Origin: an uncultured Planctomycetales bacterium
Lineage (GTDB): Bacteria > Omnitrophota > Gorgyraeia > Zapsychrales > Fredricksoniimonadaceae
Reading direction: 5' to 3'
NCBI GenBank assembly: GCA_964583975.1
Contig: CAZOXU010000005.1
Span: 2,034 to 66,033 of the forward strand
DNA length: 64,000 nt
A program made the position numbers and the translations under genes. The notes beneath the pieces are model-generated. The model did no database searches. It saw only the letters and a list, made by a program, of their open reading frames with translations, and had not been told where the DNA came from. Positions 49,846 to 59,968 of this stretch are shown here, in pieces (the first letter of the stretch is position 1; the number at the start of each line of letters is the position of its first letter).

Positions 49846-50633
49846 AACGATTTTACGAAACGAGATATCTTAGGCGCTAGATTTTTGTCCTTAGCATACC
49901 GGTTGATTTGTTTAACAATGGCGCTGCCGACAATCACCCCATCAGCCACCTTAGACATACTTTTAACTTGAGCCGCATTGGAAATCCCAAAACCTACACA
50001 CACAGGTTTATTGGTGAATTTCTTAATACGCTTGATATCAGCACCTACCGTGGCAGGCAAGGCTTCTCTGGCGCCAGTCACCCCGGTTAATGAAACATAA
50101 TAAATAAATCCACTGCTAGCCTGAGCAATTGGTTTGATACGATCATTACTGGTTGTAGGAGCAATAAAAAACACCGTAGCTAAATTTGCTTTAGAAGCAT
50201 ACTTTCTTAAAGACCCTGCCTCGGTGACTGGCAGATCCGGAATAATAACCCCATCCACCCCACAAGACACTGCCTCGCGAACAAATCGCTCTTCACCGTG
50301 AGCAAAAATAATATTGTAATAGGTCATCAGACACAAAGGGATCTGTGTCTTTAATCGCAACTGTTTGACCAAATTTAGAACTTTATTTAAACTCGCGCCT
50401 TTTTGTAAAGCTCTCATGGAAGACGCTTGTATGGTTGGTCCATCAGCCATGGGATCAGAAAACGGAACACCCAGCTCGATAATATCAGCCCCTGCCTTTT
50501 CTAAAGCCAGCACCAAATCATAGGTAGCTTTAAGATTAGGATCGCCTGCCGTGATAAAAGCAATGAAGGCTTTCTTCTTTTGCTGACGTAATTTCTTAAA
50601 TGTGAGATCAATTCTATTCATAGGATTAAACAA
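49833..50633 (-). CDS. trpA: Tryptophan synthase alpha chain
   Basis: 266 aa with ITAGDPNL and [22 protein letters not shown]. It overlaps trpB by 8 nt. Confidence 0.85.
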   Translation of the reverse strand: MFNPMNRIDLTFKKLRQQKKKAFIAFITAGDPNLKATYDLVLALEKAGADIIELGVPFSDPMADGPTIQASSMRALQKGASLNKVLNLVKQLRLKTQIPLCLMTYYNIIFAHGEERFVREAVSCGVDGVIIPDLPVTEAGSLRKYASKANLATVFFIAPTTSNDRIKPIAQASSGFIYYVSLTGVTGAREALPATVGADIKRIKKFTNKPVCVGFGISNAAQVKSMSKVADGVIVGSAIVKQINRYAKDKNLAPKISRFVKSLCKS

Positions 50634-51816
50634 ACTGTGAAATCTGATTCATATCCTTATCCCCACGGCCAGAGAGACAGACAATGACCGAGGCCTTTCC
50701 CTTAACGCGCCGAGCCAGGGTCTCCAAATAAGCAATCGCATGCGAAGTTTCCAACGCTGGGATAATCCCTTCTGTGCGAGCCAGTAACTTAAGTCCTGCT
50801 ATCGCCTGCTTATCATCGACCGACACATATTGGGCGCGACCGCTATCCTTGTAAAAAGAATGCTCTGGTCCGACGCCTGGATAATCTAACCCTGCTGCAA
50901 TCGAATGTGCAATTTGAACTTGTCCATCCTTGTCTTGCAAAAGCATGCTCTTAGAGCCATGCAAAACCCCAACCTTGCCCTTGGTCAAGGTGGCTGAGTG
51001 AGCGTGCGAGTTTAGTCCATGCCCAGCTGCCTCGACACCAATAATCTTTACTGTCTTATCATTATAAAATGGATGGAAAAGCCCCATGGCATTGCTGCCT
51101 CCACCCACACAAGCCAGCAAATAATTAGGCAGACGGCCTTCTTTAGCTAAAAACTGACGGCGAGCTTCCTGACCAATCACAGACTGAAAATGTCGCACCA
51201 TGACAGGATACGGATGAAAGCCTGCAACTGAACCAATGATATAAAATGTATCTCTGACATTGGTGACCCAGTCACGCACAGCTTCGTTCATTGCATCTTT
51301 AAGAGTCTTCGAGCCGCTCTCAACTGGAATAACTTCTGCCCCCATAAGCTTCATACGCACCACATTAAGCGACTGACGTTTCACATCTTCGGCACCCATA
51401 TAGATCACACATTTTAGCCCAAACAAGGCTGCCACGGTGGCAGTGGCTACTCCATGCTGCCCTGCCCCGGTCTCAGCAATAATACGGGTTTTACCCATGC
51501 GGCGAGCCACTATGATTTGGCCTAAGGTGTTGTTGATCTTATGCGCACCTGTGTGCAGAAGATCTTCACGTTTGAGATAAACCTTCAGATTCTTGAGATG
51601 CGCACTGAGGCGCTTGGCGAAATATAAATTGGTAGGACGACCTGCATACTCTTTAAGATAGAACTCAAACTCTCGCTTAAAAGCAGCATCCTTCTTGACC
51701 TTTTGAAATTCTTTTTCCAGATCCAACAAAAGTCCCATTAAGGTCTCTGGTGCATAGCAGCCACCAAATTGACCAAAATGTCCAGTACTGTTGGGTAATT
51801 GTATCGTCTTTTTCAT
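50626..51816 (-). CDS. trpB: Tryptophan synthase beta chain
   Basis: 396 aa. HTGAHKINN carries the PLP lysine, and GGGSNAMG is also present. Confidence 0.9.
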   Translation of the reverse strand: MKKTIQLPNSTGHFGQFGGCYAPETLMGLLLDLEKEFQKVKKDAAFKREFEFYLKEYAGRPTNLYFAKRLSAHLKNLKVYLKREDLLHTGAHKINNTLGQIIVARRMGKTRIIAETGAGQHGVATATVAALFGLKCVIYMGAEDVKRQSLNVVRMKLMGAEVIPVESGSKTLKDAMNEAVRDWVTNVRDTFYIIGSVAGFHPYPVMVRHFQSVIGQEARRQFLAKEGRLPNYLLACVGGGSNAMGLFHPFYNDKTVKIIGVEAAGHGLNSHAHSATLTKGKVGVLHGSKSMLLQDKDGQVQIAHSIAAGLDYPGVGPEHSFYKDSGRAQYVSVDDKQAIAGLKLLARTEGIIPALETSHAIAYLETLARRVKGKASVIVCLSGRGDKDMNQISQFV

Positions 51817-51818
51817 GA

Positions 51819-52481
51819 TTATTCCTTCATCACCATGGCTGTGTTACCAAAACCCACGGCTCCTGATATACGAACGGGCAACTTCTTACTCGATGTTTCA
51901 AACCATATCTTGTATTTCGAAGGCTTGCTTTGCATATAAAGCACATCATAGGTCTTATCGCCTATGGTCAATGTATCTTTTTTCACCAACACAATCTTGA
52001 TATCCTTGGTGGGCAAATTAATCGAAAGAGTTTCATTGATTTGAAACTTGCCAGACTGACGATAACGATAAATAAACGCATAAATATTATCCATCCAGCC
52101 TGCTTTGTCAATAACTTGCTCAGTCGTCTTGTTACCGACCGTTTTTACAATCTTTAACTTTCCTTGAGAATAAAACTCAACAATCTTTTCTTTCTTACCA
52201 AAGATGTTCAAGTCGCGTTCTACAATTAAAGGCTTCAGTCTCTGTGGGTCTAGATAAATCTTCTCATGGTCTTGGAAATTCATTCCCTGAGCTACAAAAT
52301 CAATATAGATCGTTTCCTGGTCCTTAATCTTGACCTTGCCGTTAAAGGTTAAGGTGGCCTCTCCTGCTTTAATGCCCATCTGGGTCAAATTATAATGAAT
52401 CTGCTCACCTACTTCCTGACCCCAGGCAGACTGCCAAGCTGATCCGATCAATAACCCACAAAGAAGAATAATTGTTCTCAC
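51819..52481 (-). CDS. Secreted beta-rich protein, DUF3108-like
   Basis: 220 aa with a signal peptide [21 protein letters not shown] and alternating hydrophobic beta-strand pattern. The family call is tentative. Confidence 0.4.
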   Translation of the reverse strand: MRTIILLCGLLIGSAWQSAWGQEVGEQIHYNLTQMGIKAGEATLTFNGKVKIKDQETIYIDFVAQGMNFQDHEKIYLDPQRLKPLIVERDLNIFGKKEKIVEFYSQGKLKIVKTVGNKTTEQVIDKAGWMDNIYAFIYRYRQSGKFQINETLSINLPTKDIKIVLVKKDTLTIGDKTYDVLYMQSKPSKYKIWFETSSKKLPVRISGAVGFGNTAMVMKE

Positions 52482-53620
52482 TTAGAATCGTATTCTTTCA
52501 GATAGGCTTCAAGTGCTTGAGCACCATTGTAGAGTGTTTTAATGACAGCATACTCATCATTAGCATGAATAACCCCATGCGATCCCCAGCCTGTAGAAAA
52601 GGCGGGAATACCATAATCTTGGAAGAATGTAATGACGGTCGCTCCCTGACTGCCTAGGTACTTTGCATCAAAACCCATTTTCTGACACACATCCACATAG
52701 GTTTTCACAAAAGGATGTTTGGGATCAAGTTCATAGGGTTTCTGGCTGTCATCAATAATCACCTTAAATTTCTTGGCTTCTTTGGCCACAATGCTTTTGA
52801 CTTCCTTTAAGACGCCCGCGGCAGTCATTCCTGGCATAAAACGAATATCTAAGGCAAACTCACAGAAATCAGCCACCATGTTGACCTTATCGCCACCACG
52901 GATTGTGCCAATATTCTTGGTTGGCGGTACCAGCAAAGGATGTTTCTTATATTTGAATTGATGCTCTTTTAAACGATTGATCACGCGAGCGGCAATCTCG
53001 ATTGCACTTACTCCTCTCCAGTTATAAGCCCCATGCGCTTTCTTACCAAAGATCTGTACGCGACAATGAAACAAACCTTTCTGGGCAACGATGCAATCAA
53101 ACTCTTCTGAATCAGTAATTAAAGCGACTTTAGGACGCAAGACGCCTTTTTCAAGCAAAGGTCTGATGCCTTGATGCGAGCCAGTCTCTTCATCCACTGT
53201 AGCAGCGTAAATAATATCGCGGTTAAGTTTAACCCCATCTTCAACCAAGGATCTCAAGACTTCCATGCCAACGGCAGTATTGCCTTTATCATCACTGGCT
53301 CCGCGACCATAAATCTTTCCTGCATGGATAGTTCCGCCAGTAGGGTCAAATTTCCAGCCTGAACCAAAGGGTACTGTATCAATATGTGGGGTAATTAAAA
53401 TAGCTTCCGAGGCAGCCTTTTTACGCGGCCATGTTCCTTTAAGCGTTGCAATGACATTCGGTCGATTTTTAGCATAAGAAACGGTTTTAACATCAAGCCC
53501 TAAGGACTTTAAATCTTTTTCTATAAAACGTGAAACTTCCAGTTCATTACCTGGAGGGTTAACGGAGTTAAATTGCAATAATTTCTGGGTTAATTTTACC
53601 AAACGATTTTTATTAATCAT
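52478..53620 (-). CDS. M20-family metallopeptidase (ArgE/DapE-like deacylase)
   Basis: 380 aa with ITPHIDTVPFG, GRGASDDKG and VDEETGS, the M20 metal-binding motifs. Confidence 0.8.
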   Translation of the reverse strand: MINKNRLVKLTQKLLQFNSVNPPGNELEVSRFIEKDLKSLGLDVKTVSYAKNRPNVIATLKGTWPRKKAASEAILITPHIDTVPFGSGWKFDPTGGTIHAGKIYGRGASDDKGNTAVGMEVLRSLVEDGVKLNRDIIYAATVDEETGSHQGIRPLLEKGVLRPKVALITDSEEFDCIVAQKGLFHCRVQIFGKKAHGAYNWRGVSAIEIAARVINRLKEHQFKYKKHPLLVPPTKNIGTIRGGDKVNMVADFCEFALDIRFMPGMTAAGVLKEVKSIVAKEAKKFKVIIDDSQKPYELDPKHPFVKTYVDVCQKMGFDAKYLGSQGATVITFFQDYGIPAFSTGWGSHGVIHANDEYAVIKTLYNGAQALEAYLKEYDSK

Positions 53621-53926
53621 TTATCCTAATATCTCCTTGGCCTTGAGCTCCCCTTCAATTTTCTTAAAATCATCGTAATCAATAAAAACTATCTCAGGCC
53701 TTTCATGCGCTATGCGCTGCATTTTTGGCAAATGGTCTTTAATGTTAATAAAACCTATGTATTTAAAAGTATTTTTGCACGAAGGGCAAGCAGTAGCATC
53801 TAGTTTGATATCTAAGGTCTTGCAATGGCTACAACTTCCAGAAAGCGCCCCATACAAAAGCGTGTGTGACTTAACTTCATCAAAGTAAAATTTCTTATAA
53901 ATACGCAGAAAACGTTCTGTGGACAT
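53621..53926 (-). CDS. Small Cys-rich (zinc-ribbon-like) protein, unknown function
   Basis: 101 aa. It has CSHCKT and, 11 residues later, CPSCKN. It directly abuts the M20 peptidase start. Confidence 0.4.
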   Translation of the reverse strand: MSTERFLRIYKKFYFDEVKSHTLLYGALSGSCSHCKTLDIKLDATACPSCKNTFKYIGFINIKDHLPKMQRIAHERPEIVFIDYDDFKKIEGELKAKEILG

Positions 53927-53976
53927 GAGGGAAATTATATATCAAATTTAAAATAAAATGCGAAATTTCCTAGTTA

Positions 53977-54252
53977 TCAAACAAGACTAACTTTTAAATG
54001 CTTGTCTAATGCCAAAGCTACTTTATACAAGGTGGATAATTTGATATCTTCAGCATGATTTTCAATTCTGGAAATAGCTGTTCTTTTAGTACTTATCTTG
54101 CGCGCCACCTCTTCCTGGCTTAAACCAGCCTTTTCCCGAGCTTCCCTTAACATAACACCTACCTTAAATTCTTCAAAACCCTCATCAAAACCCTGGGCAA
54201 ATTTAGGATCTTTCTTTTTACGCTTTGAGATATATTTATTTAAATCGTCCAT
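53977..54252 (-). CDS. XRE-family HTH protein, HigA-like antitoxin
   Basis: 91 aa. The HTH is GLSQEEVARKISTKRTAISRIENH. It lies immediately downstream of the HigB-like toxin gene, in the toxin-first order typical of higBA. Confidence 0.7.
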   Translation of the reverse strand: MDDLNKYISKRKKKDPKFAQGFDEGFEEFKVGVMLREAREKAGLSQEEVARKISTKRTAISRIENHAEDIKLSTLYKVALALDKHLKVSLV

Positions 54253-54313
54253 TTAAAACTCCTTAACTAAATAGTCATTATCAATTACCTTCTTTACAAA
54301 GGTAACATGCGTG

Positions 54314-54673
54314 TTACGTATTGTCAACCCTCTTAGTTAACCAATAGTCTTTCTGATACGATTTTGCTCGTTCTATTTCTAAATACGGCGTCTTTTGGGA
54401 TTTCTTAACAAATCCATGCGTTAAAATAATTTTATTAGCATCCCAGAATGCAAAAATACGATAAATGTTAGATCCTAACTTGATTCTACACTCCCAAAGA
54501 TCCTCCTGCCCTTGCAATTTACAAAAATACCGGGTTGGAACCCTATTTAATTGAACAGTAAGCTGTAATACCCAAACGACTTTCTGGGCCGCCTTGGGAG
54601 GTAAACAGTCCAAGAAATACTCAACTGGACATTGGTCATTAGCTGTTCTATAAAAAATAATCTTTTTTTCCAC
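54314..54673 (-). CDS. HigB-like type II toxin (RelE/ParE superfamily, Gp49/DUF891-type)
   Basis: 119 aa. DLWECRIKLGSNIYRIFAFWDANKIILTHGFVKKSQKTPYLEIERAK matches the Gp49-type HigB pattern LWELR...YRI.Y.....I.LLH.F.KK.QKTP..EIE.A. It has a GTG start with a strong SD (gaaggaggg). Confidence 0.7.
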   Translation of the reverse strand: MEKKIIFYRTANDQCPVEYFLDCLPPKAAQKVVWVLQLTVQLNRVPTRYFCKLQGQEDLWECRIKLGSNIYRIFAFWDANKIILTHGFVKKSQKTPYLEIERAKSYQKDYWLTKRVDNT

Positions 54674-54916
54674 AGAAACCCTCCTTCAATAAAGAATGTA
54701 AGAAATATTGGGGGAATTTATAGAAAAAAAGACCGATTGAGGATATCGGGTGGAATTAGGCTTAAAAATGTAAGCCGGATGGTCATCTATCTTTTATCTT
54801 TGTCTAGTGCGCCCCTCACAAATCTGACGGGCCTTAAGACGAATGATGACGAAACCGGCTTATCTACTAGGAATATAGCACCAGCCTTTTAAGAAATCAA
54901 GTTTTAAATTCGACAA

Positions 54917-55771
54917 TCACCGACGACGATTTGCTATTTTTGACTTAATTTGGAAATAATTTACACGAGAGGAAATGAGTTGGTATTCTTTTAATTCCCA
55001 AGGCTTAGGTGTCACATTAAAACTCTTCAAATCCATTGCTTCGAGTACTTTTCCAGTCTTAACCGAACGAAATTCCATACCTGCTTTTTGAATAATAGGC
55101 CAACTGCCAGCAAAGTCCCACAAATTACATCTTAAAAAACTTCCTATACCCCGGCCTATGGCGGGCCAGCATAAATTAACTACGGCACAGGCGTTGATCA
55201 TGATGTGAAAATCCTTGTCAGACCAGGCAAATCGATCAAAGAAGGTATCATTACAAAAGAACAGGGATTTGGGTGAAAGCTTTTCATTAATGGGCTTAAT
55301 GCGCGTCTTCTTTTGAGCTTTGCTAAAGGCGTTTTCAACAAAATAGGCATGCTTGCCATCGCAATAAAATAATTCCTTAAGGGCTGGGAAATATACGACT
55401 CCGAGCCAGGGTTTTAGACATTTAAGTAAACCTAAAGAAATTCCATACATAGGCATGCCATTGGCATAAAGTCGGGTGCCATCAATAGGATCTACAGCCC
55501 AGAGAAACCGAGTTGCATCTAATTTTTTTTGAGTTAAGTATTCTGCGATATGAGGATCTTCCTCATCCAGCAGTAAATGTGAAGGATCTTTGAGGTATTT
55601 TTGCAGCGATTTGCGGCAATATGCAGATATTGCTTTATCTGCCTTGGTAATGACGCTGGCATCTTTTTTAAGGGTTGGTGAGCTTCGATTCTGATGTCGT
55701 AAAGCGATCTGGCCTGCGCCCCGAGCCACACTCAACATTGTATTAAGATATTCAAGGGCGTTACTTTGCAT
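54917..55771 (-). CDS. Inositol monophosphatase / CysQ-family phosphatase
   Basis: WAVDPIDGT (motif A) and WDFAGS (WDxAAG-like motif). The track start at 55843 overlaps the upstream FIST gene by 83 nt. The internal start MQSNALEYLNTMLSVARGAGQIAL at 55771 is more plausible. Confidence 0.7.
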   Translation of the reverse strand: MQSNALEYLNTMLSVARGAGQIALRHQNRSSPTLKKDASVITKADKAISAYCRKSLQKYLKDPSHLLLDEEDPHIAEYLTQKKLDATRFLWAVDPIDGTRLYANGMPMYGISLGLLKCLKPWLGVVYFPALKELFYCDGKHAYFVENAFSKAQKKTRIKPINEKLSPKSLFFCNDTFFDRFAWSDKDFHIMINACAVVNLCWPAIGRGIGSFLRCNLWDFAGSWPIIQKAGMEFRSVKTGKVLEAMDLKSFNVTPKPWELKEYQLISSRVNYFQIKSKIANRRR

Positions 55772-56921
55772 AAAATAAAGCCATACTATTGGTAAAACCA
55801 TGTAAAAAGTTGATCCCACCCACCGGCCCAATCTCACCTGCACAGAAAAAGCCTGCTGCGGGCATAGGACCCAAATGCTGCTGGATAATCTTTATATCAT
55901 GATTGTGTTCTTTAAAAAGCCCTAAACCTCGCCCATTGCAAGAAAATACTAAAGCTCCCTGAGGCACTTGCTCGGTCTTTTTCTTCTGCAAGGTTAAAAG
56001 TTCATGTAGGTCTTCATTGGCTGTTTTCGCATCACGTAGATGAAATTGTACGGTTTGACCAACATTGATGTAATCCCCAATCGCTCCTGCCCCATTGGCT
56101 GGGTCGACCGCCATCAAAGGCCTGATCAAAAAATCACCACGCTTTAATTCTTGCTTGTATTCATTAATCGCAATGCCCACAAAAATAGCCTCCCGAGCCA
56201 GATGACGATCATATTCCGTACCTTCCTTTAAAATGTTCTCTAGCACCTTATAAAAAGGCTGGCCCGCTAACTCATAAATGAGATTGTCTTTGGCCTTAGT
56301 CACGATAAAACTCTGGCCAAAGGGGCGACATCCTTGAGAAACTACAGTCTCGACCTTCAAAGGCCCGCTCAAAACAATCCCCATCAGTCCTTCGTTATAA
56401 ATCTGACCATTCATAATTAAAGTATTCTCTTGAGGACCAGACGCTGCTGAAGCAAGCCCTCCAATAATCGCTGATCCTTTATAGGCATTGTTAAGAGATT
56501 TTAAGAAACGATTCGTATCAACGGCATACGGATCTGGCAATATCAGGAAATTAGGATTTTCATTGGGGTATATTTCAAAAAAATTATACAATGCCTCAGG
56601 AGTTTGCAAACCTTCTAATTCGACTTGGTTGATATAGAAAGGATTAATAGCGACAGCTGGTAATCGTGCTAAAAGCAATGATGCGGCAGGCCTTCCTTCT
56701 ATTTCCCTTTCACTGCCAATAATGCCGGCGCAAGTACAACAAAGGAAATGACGAATGCCAATCTTGTTTTTGAGCGCGTTGTAAAGCTCATGCGGTTCAT
56801 ATGGACGCCAGGGAGCGATAAATAAAATACCAAGATCAAAAGCTCCTCTTACGTCTTCGGTAAGGTCTTTAATAATCTGTTCTTGATCTAAAGCTTCAGT
56901 AATGCGGCTTAAAAATTGCAT
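55761..56921 (-). CDS. FIST-domain (FIST_N + FIST_C) putative sensory protein
   Basis: 386 aa with two-lobed FIST-like composition. The call rests on overall pattern. A TATAAT box lies 6 nt upstream of the ATG. Confidence 0.5.
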   Translation of the reverse strand: MQFLSRITEALDQEQIIKDLTEDVRGAFDLGILFIAPWRPYEPHELYNALKNKIGIRHFLCCTCAGIIGSEREIEGRPAASLLLARLPAVAINPFYINQVELEGLQTPEALYNFFEIYPNENPNFLILPDPYAVDTNRFLKSLNNAYKGSAIIGGLASAASGPQENTLIMNGQIYNEGLMGIVLSGPLKVETVVSQGCRPFGQSFIVTKAKDNLIYELAGQPFYKVLENILKEGTEYDRHLAREAIFVGIAINEYKQELKRGDFLIRPLMAVDPANGAGAIGDYINVGQTVQFHLRDAKTANEDLHELLTLQKKKTEQVPQGALVFSCNGRGLGLFKEHNHDIKIIQQHLGPMPAAGFFCAGEIGPVGGINFLHGFTNSMALFYAK

Positions 56922-56992
56922 GAATGCATTATAACAAATTAGGGACAGCTCCCTATTTTTTATTAAAGAAAAATAAGGCGCTGTCCCTAATT

Positions 56993-57421
56993 TTATTTAC
57001 TTGAACGAATCATGAGGATTGGGATATCGGTGTTGTGCCTTAAGGTGTCTGCCACAGAACCTAAAATAACATCTTTCACAAAACCATGACCGTGGGTCGC
57101 CATAGCAATCAAATCACAGCCTTCTTTGTTAGCAGCTTCTAAGATAGCCTCAGCAGGCTCTTTGCCCTGTAGAAGCATCGACTTAACTTTAAAACCTTCT
57201 TTGGCGAAACGCTGATCAACTTTGTCTAGATATTGCTGATCTTTTTTGATTTCCTCAGAATCAGCTAAATTAAGCTCATTTTGTAAACGTGCACCAAAAC
57301 CATCAGCCACATGTACCAAAATAAGCTCAGCTTTGCTTAACTTAGCCAAAGGACGTATATGCTCTAAGATCGTTTCATCGGTTAAAGAGTTATCCAAAGG
57401 TATTAATATCTTTTTATACAT
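56993..57421 (-). CDS. Universal stress protein (UspA family)
   Basis: 142 aa with a C-terminal ATP-binding-type motif (MATHGHGFVKDVILGSVADTLRH). Confidence 0.8.
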   Translation of the reverse strand: MYKKILIPLDNSLTDETILEHIRPLAKLSKAELILVHVADGFGARLQNELNLADSEEIKKDQQYLDKVDQRFAKEGFKVKSMLLQGKEPAEAILEAANKEGCDLIAMATHGHGFVKDVILGSVADTLRHNTDIPILMIRSSK

Positions 57422-57422
57422 C

Positions 57423-58769
57423 CTAGCCCCCTAACCATGAACGAATAGTTTGAAATAATAAATAAGCATTTAATCCACCAATAATGACCGTAATAGTCCA
57501 AGCCAACACCTTGAGCCAAGTAGGATTAACAAATTGATCCATCTTGAGTCGATCAGACGTAAACAATACCAACGGTACTACTGCAAAACTTAATTGTAAA
57601 GACAAAACCACCTGACTTAAAACCAAAAGGCTTCCTACCCCTTTTTCACCATACATGGCAGCCACAATAACAGCTGGCACGATCGCTACCGAGCGGGTCA
57701 AGATACGGCGCATCCAGGGACGTAAACGAATGTTTAAAAATCCTTCCATGACAATTTGACCGGCTAAGGTACCTGTGAGGGTCGAATTTTGGCCTGAAGC
57801 GAGCAAGGCCACGGCAAACAAGGTACTGGCAAATGTAGCTCCAAGTACAGGAGTCAGAAGTTTATAAGCATCGTTAATATCAGCCACATCTTGATGTCCT
57901 GTACCATGAAAGGCTGCTGCGCTTAAGATTAAAATAGCTGCATTGATAAAAAAGGCGCACAGCAAAGCTGCAGTTGAATCAATAGTGGCAAAACGGATCG
58001 CCATTTTCTTACCTGCATCATTGCGTTCATAAGCTCGTGTTTGCACAATGCTAGAGTGCAAATACAAATTGTGGGGCATGACCGTGGCTCCCAAAATACC
58101 GATAGCGATATATAACATTTGGGGATTGGTGACAATCTCAGGCTTGGGGATAAGCCCTGTTAAAACATCCGGTAAAAACGGATGCGAGATAGCCATTTCA
58201 TAAGCAAAGCAACCACCAATGAGCACAATTAAACCCGCTACCAAGCATTCCAAAACGCGAAAACCCTTATGCTGCAAAAATAGGATGATCATAACATCAG
58301 TAGCCGTAATCAAAATACCAACCACCAGGGGAATACCAAACAGTAAATTTAAGGCAATGGCTGAACCGATAACTTCAGCTAAATCGCATGCTGCAATAGC
58401 AATTTCACAAAGAACCCATAAAAACATCGACACAGGTTTAGAATAATGATCGCGGCAAGCCTGGGCAAGGTCGCGGCCAGTTACAATCCCTAGTTTTAAA
58501 GCTAAATGCTGCAGAATAATGGCCATAAAATTAGAAATTAAGATGACTGATAATAAAGTGTATCCAAATTGAGCACCACCTGCTAAATCGGTCGCCCAAT
58601 TACCTGGATCCATGTAACCAACAGCCACCATCAATCCAGGACCAACAAAAGCCATCATCTTACGCCAAAATGTAGCTGTTACAGGCACATGCACTGAAGC
58701 ATGAACTTCGGGCAAACTTAGTTGTATGGCGTCACGCCGCCAAGGCTTTCTCATAAACTCTCCTGACAT
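57423..58769 (-). CDS. mntH: Nramp-family divalent metal (Mn2+/Fe2+) transporter
   Basis: 448 aa with 11-12 TM helices. The Nramp motifs DPGN ([20 protein letters not shown]) and MPH ([14 protein letters not shown]) are both present. Confidence 0.9.
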   Translation of the reverse strand: MSGEFMRKPWRRDAIQLSLPEVHASVHVPVTATFWRKMMAFVGPGLMVAVGYMDPGNWATDLAGGAQFGYTLLSVILISNFMAIILQHLALKLGIVTGRDLAQACRDHYSKPVSMFLWVLCEIAIAACDLAEVIGSAIALNLLFGIPLVVGILITATDVMIILFLQHKGFRVLECLVAGLIVLIGGCFAYEMAISHPFLPDVLTGLIPKPEIVTNPQMLYIAIGILGATVMPHNLYLHSSIVQTRAYERNDAGKKMAIRFATIDSTAALLCAFFINAAILILSAAAFHGTGHQDVADINDAYKLLTPVLGATFASTLFAVALLASGQNSTLTGTLAGQIVMEGFLNIRLRPWMRRILTRSVAIVPAVIVAAMYGEKGVGSLLVLSQVVLSLQLSFAVVPLVLFTSDRLKMDQFVNPTWLKVLAWTITVIIGGLNAYLLFQTIRSWLGG

Positions 58770-59197
58770 TGACTACAAATTCCATAAAAATGCATTTCAT
58801 GACCAATAATTTTAAATCCTTCTTTCTCCAGAAGCGGACGATACCGACTCTCCTCATCTAAATCAGGAAACTCGATAAACTTCTGGCAGCGGATGCATTT
58901 GGCATGATGATGCTTTTGTTCATCATAAAGATGCTCATAATGCTGATGCTTATCTCCAAAGGCTGTACCTCGAATAACTCCCGACTCAAGAATTTCATGC
59001 AAGGTGCGATAAACGGTTGCTCTGGACACTGCTGGTTTTAATCGGCTGCAAATCTTGGCCAATTCCTCAGCTGTAAAATGACCATGCTTATTCATGACCT
59101 GGTCAAACACCACCTGCCGGCCACGACTCAAACGCAAACCCTCTTCTTTCAAATAAGCCTCATACTTGAGCCTTTCGCCCTGAATTGTTTTCTTCAT
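58751..59197 (-). CDS. fur: Fur-family metalloregulator (likely Mn/Fe-responsive, co-transcribed with mntH)
   Basis: The track ORF begins at a TTG at 59233. The ATG at 59197 ([10 protein letters not shown]...) is likelier. It has an [13 protein letters not shown], and [13 protein letters not shown] metal-binding motifs. Its 3' end overlaps the mntH start by 19 nt. Confidence 0.8.
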   Translation of the reverse strand: MKKTIQGERLKYEAYLKEEGLRLSRGRQVVFDQVMNKHGHFTAEELAKICSRLKPAVSRATVYRTLHEILESGVIRGTAFGDKHQHYEHLYDEQKHHHAKCIRCQKFIEFPDLDEESRYRPLLEKEGFKIIGHEMHFYGICSQCQESL

Positions 59198-59231
59198 AAT
59201 GAGACCGTGTATCCTTATAAAATTAAAAAGC

Positions 59232-59285
59232 AAGGGGTTAATTTTATTAACCCCTTAAAAGTACGGGCTGGGTTACCCAGCCCCT
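59232..59285. terminator. Tandem hairpins between the redoxin gene and fur: AT/GC terminator hairpin plus GC-rich palindromic element
   Basis: aaggggttaa-tttta-ttaacccctt forms a perfect 10-bp stem at 59232-59256, followed by a T-run on the minus strand. gggctgggttacccagccc (59265-59283) is the second hairpin and copies the element at 41455-41473. Confidence 0.6.
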
Positions 59286-59289
59286 ACAA

Positions 59290-59856
59290 TCACGCTCTCC
59301 ACTTGATTGAACAACCCATCGAAGGCTTTTGCTGAGCATCAATAGGCCGACCTGCCGCCATATTGTTCATAGCTTCTTTAAGCTCTTCACGCGTGACCTT
59401 TGCTTCTTCTTTCCAATTATCATCGATACGGCCATGATAAACCAATTTACCTTCTTTATTAAAAAGATAGATATCCGGTGTGCACTGAGCTTTAAAGGCA
59501 TCCGCGGTCTTTTGCGTCTCATCAACTAAATAAGGAAATTCAATACCCAACTCTTTGATTTTCACGATCATTTTATCAGGAGCATCATCAGGAAAATCTG
59601 GATTGATATTAGGATTAATGGCAACGGTATTAACTCTCATCCCTAAGCCATACTTGGCTAGCGCAATGACACGCGGCCACACGGCAATGGCATAAGGACA
59701 GTGATTGCAAGTGAATACCACCAATAGTCCTCTTTCACCAAAAAGCTCTTTTCCTTTATAAGCCCTGCCAAATGGATCTTGAAGTTCAAAATCTGGCATC
59801 GATGTGCCCAAAGGAATTTTGATAGACTCTAATAAAGCCATTTGATTACCTCCCAA
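59290..59856 (-). CDS. Thioredoxin-fold redoxin (TlpA/AhpC-TSA-like thiol-disulfide oxidoreductase)
   Basis: 188 aa. LVVFTCNHCPYA supplies the CxxC in thioredoxin-fold context. Confidence 0.7.
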   Translation of the reverse strand: MGGNQMALLESIKIPLGTSMPDFELQDPFGRAYKGKELFGERGLLVVFTCNHCPYAIAVWPRVIALAKYGLGMRVNTVAINPNINPDFPDDAPDKMIVKIKELGIEFPYLVDETQKTADAFKAQCTPDIYLFNKEGKLVYHGRIDDNWKEEAKVTREELKEAMNNMAAGRPIDAQQKPSMGCSIKWRA

Positions 59857-59968
59857 TTGTAATGTAATATCTGTTTGTCATTCCCGAATGTTTTTATCGG
59901 GAATCTAGTACCTGGATCCCCGATAAAAACATTCGAGGAAGACCCTCATTATAAAAGGATGCATACCT

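Noticed and set aside
54632-54892. 86-aa + strand ORF filling the higB / IMPase-like gap
   Set aside because: It starts inside higB antisense, has no RBS, and gives an Arg/Ile-rich low-complexity translation. The region is better explained as a structured non-coding spacer.
55772-55843. N-terminal 24 residues of the track ORF 54917..55843 (MQVRLGRWVGSTFYMVLPIVWLYF)
   Set aside because: They would overlap the FIST gene by 83 nt and do not resemble an IMPase N-terminus. The internal Met at 55771 is the likelier start.
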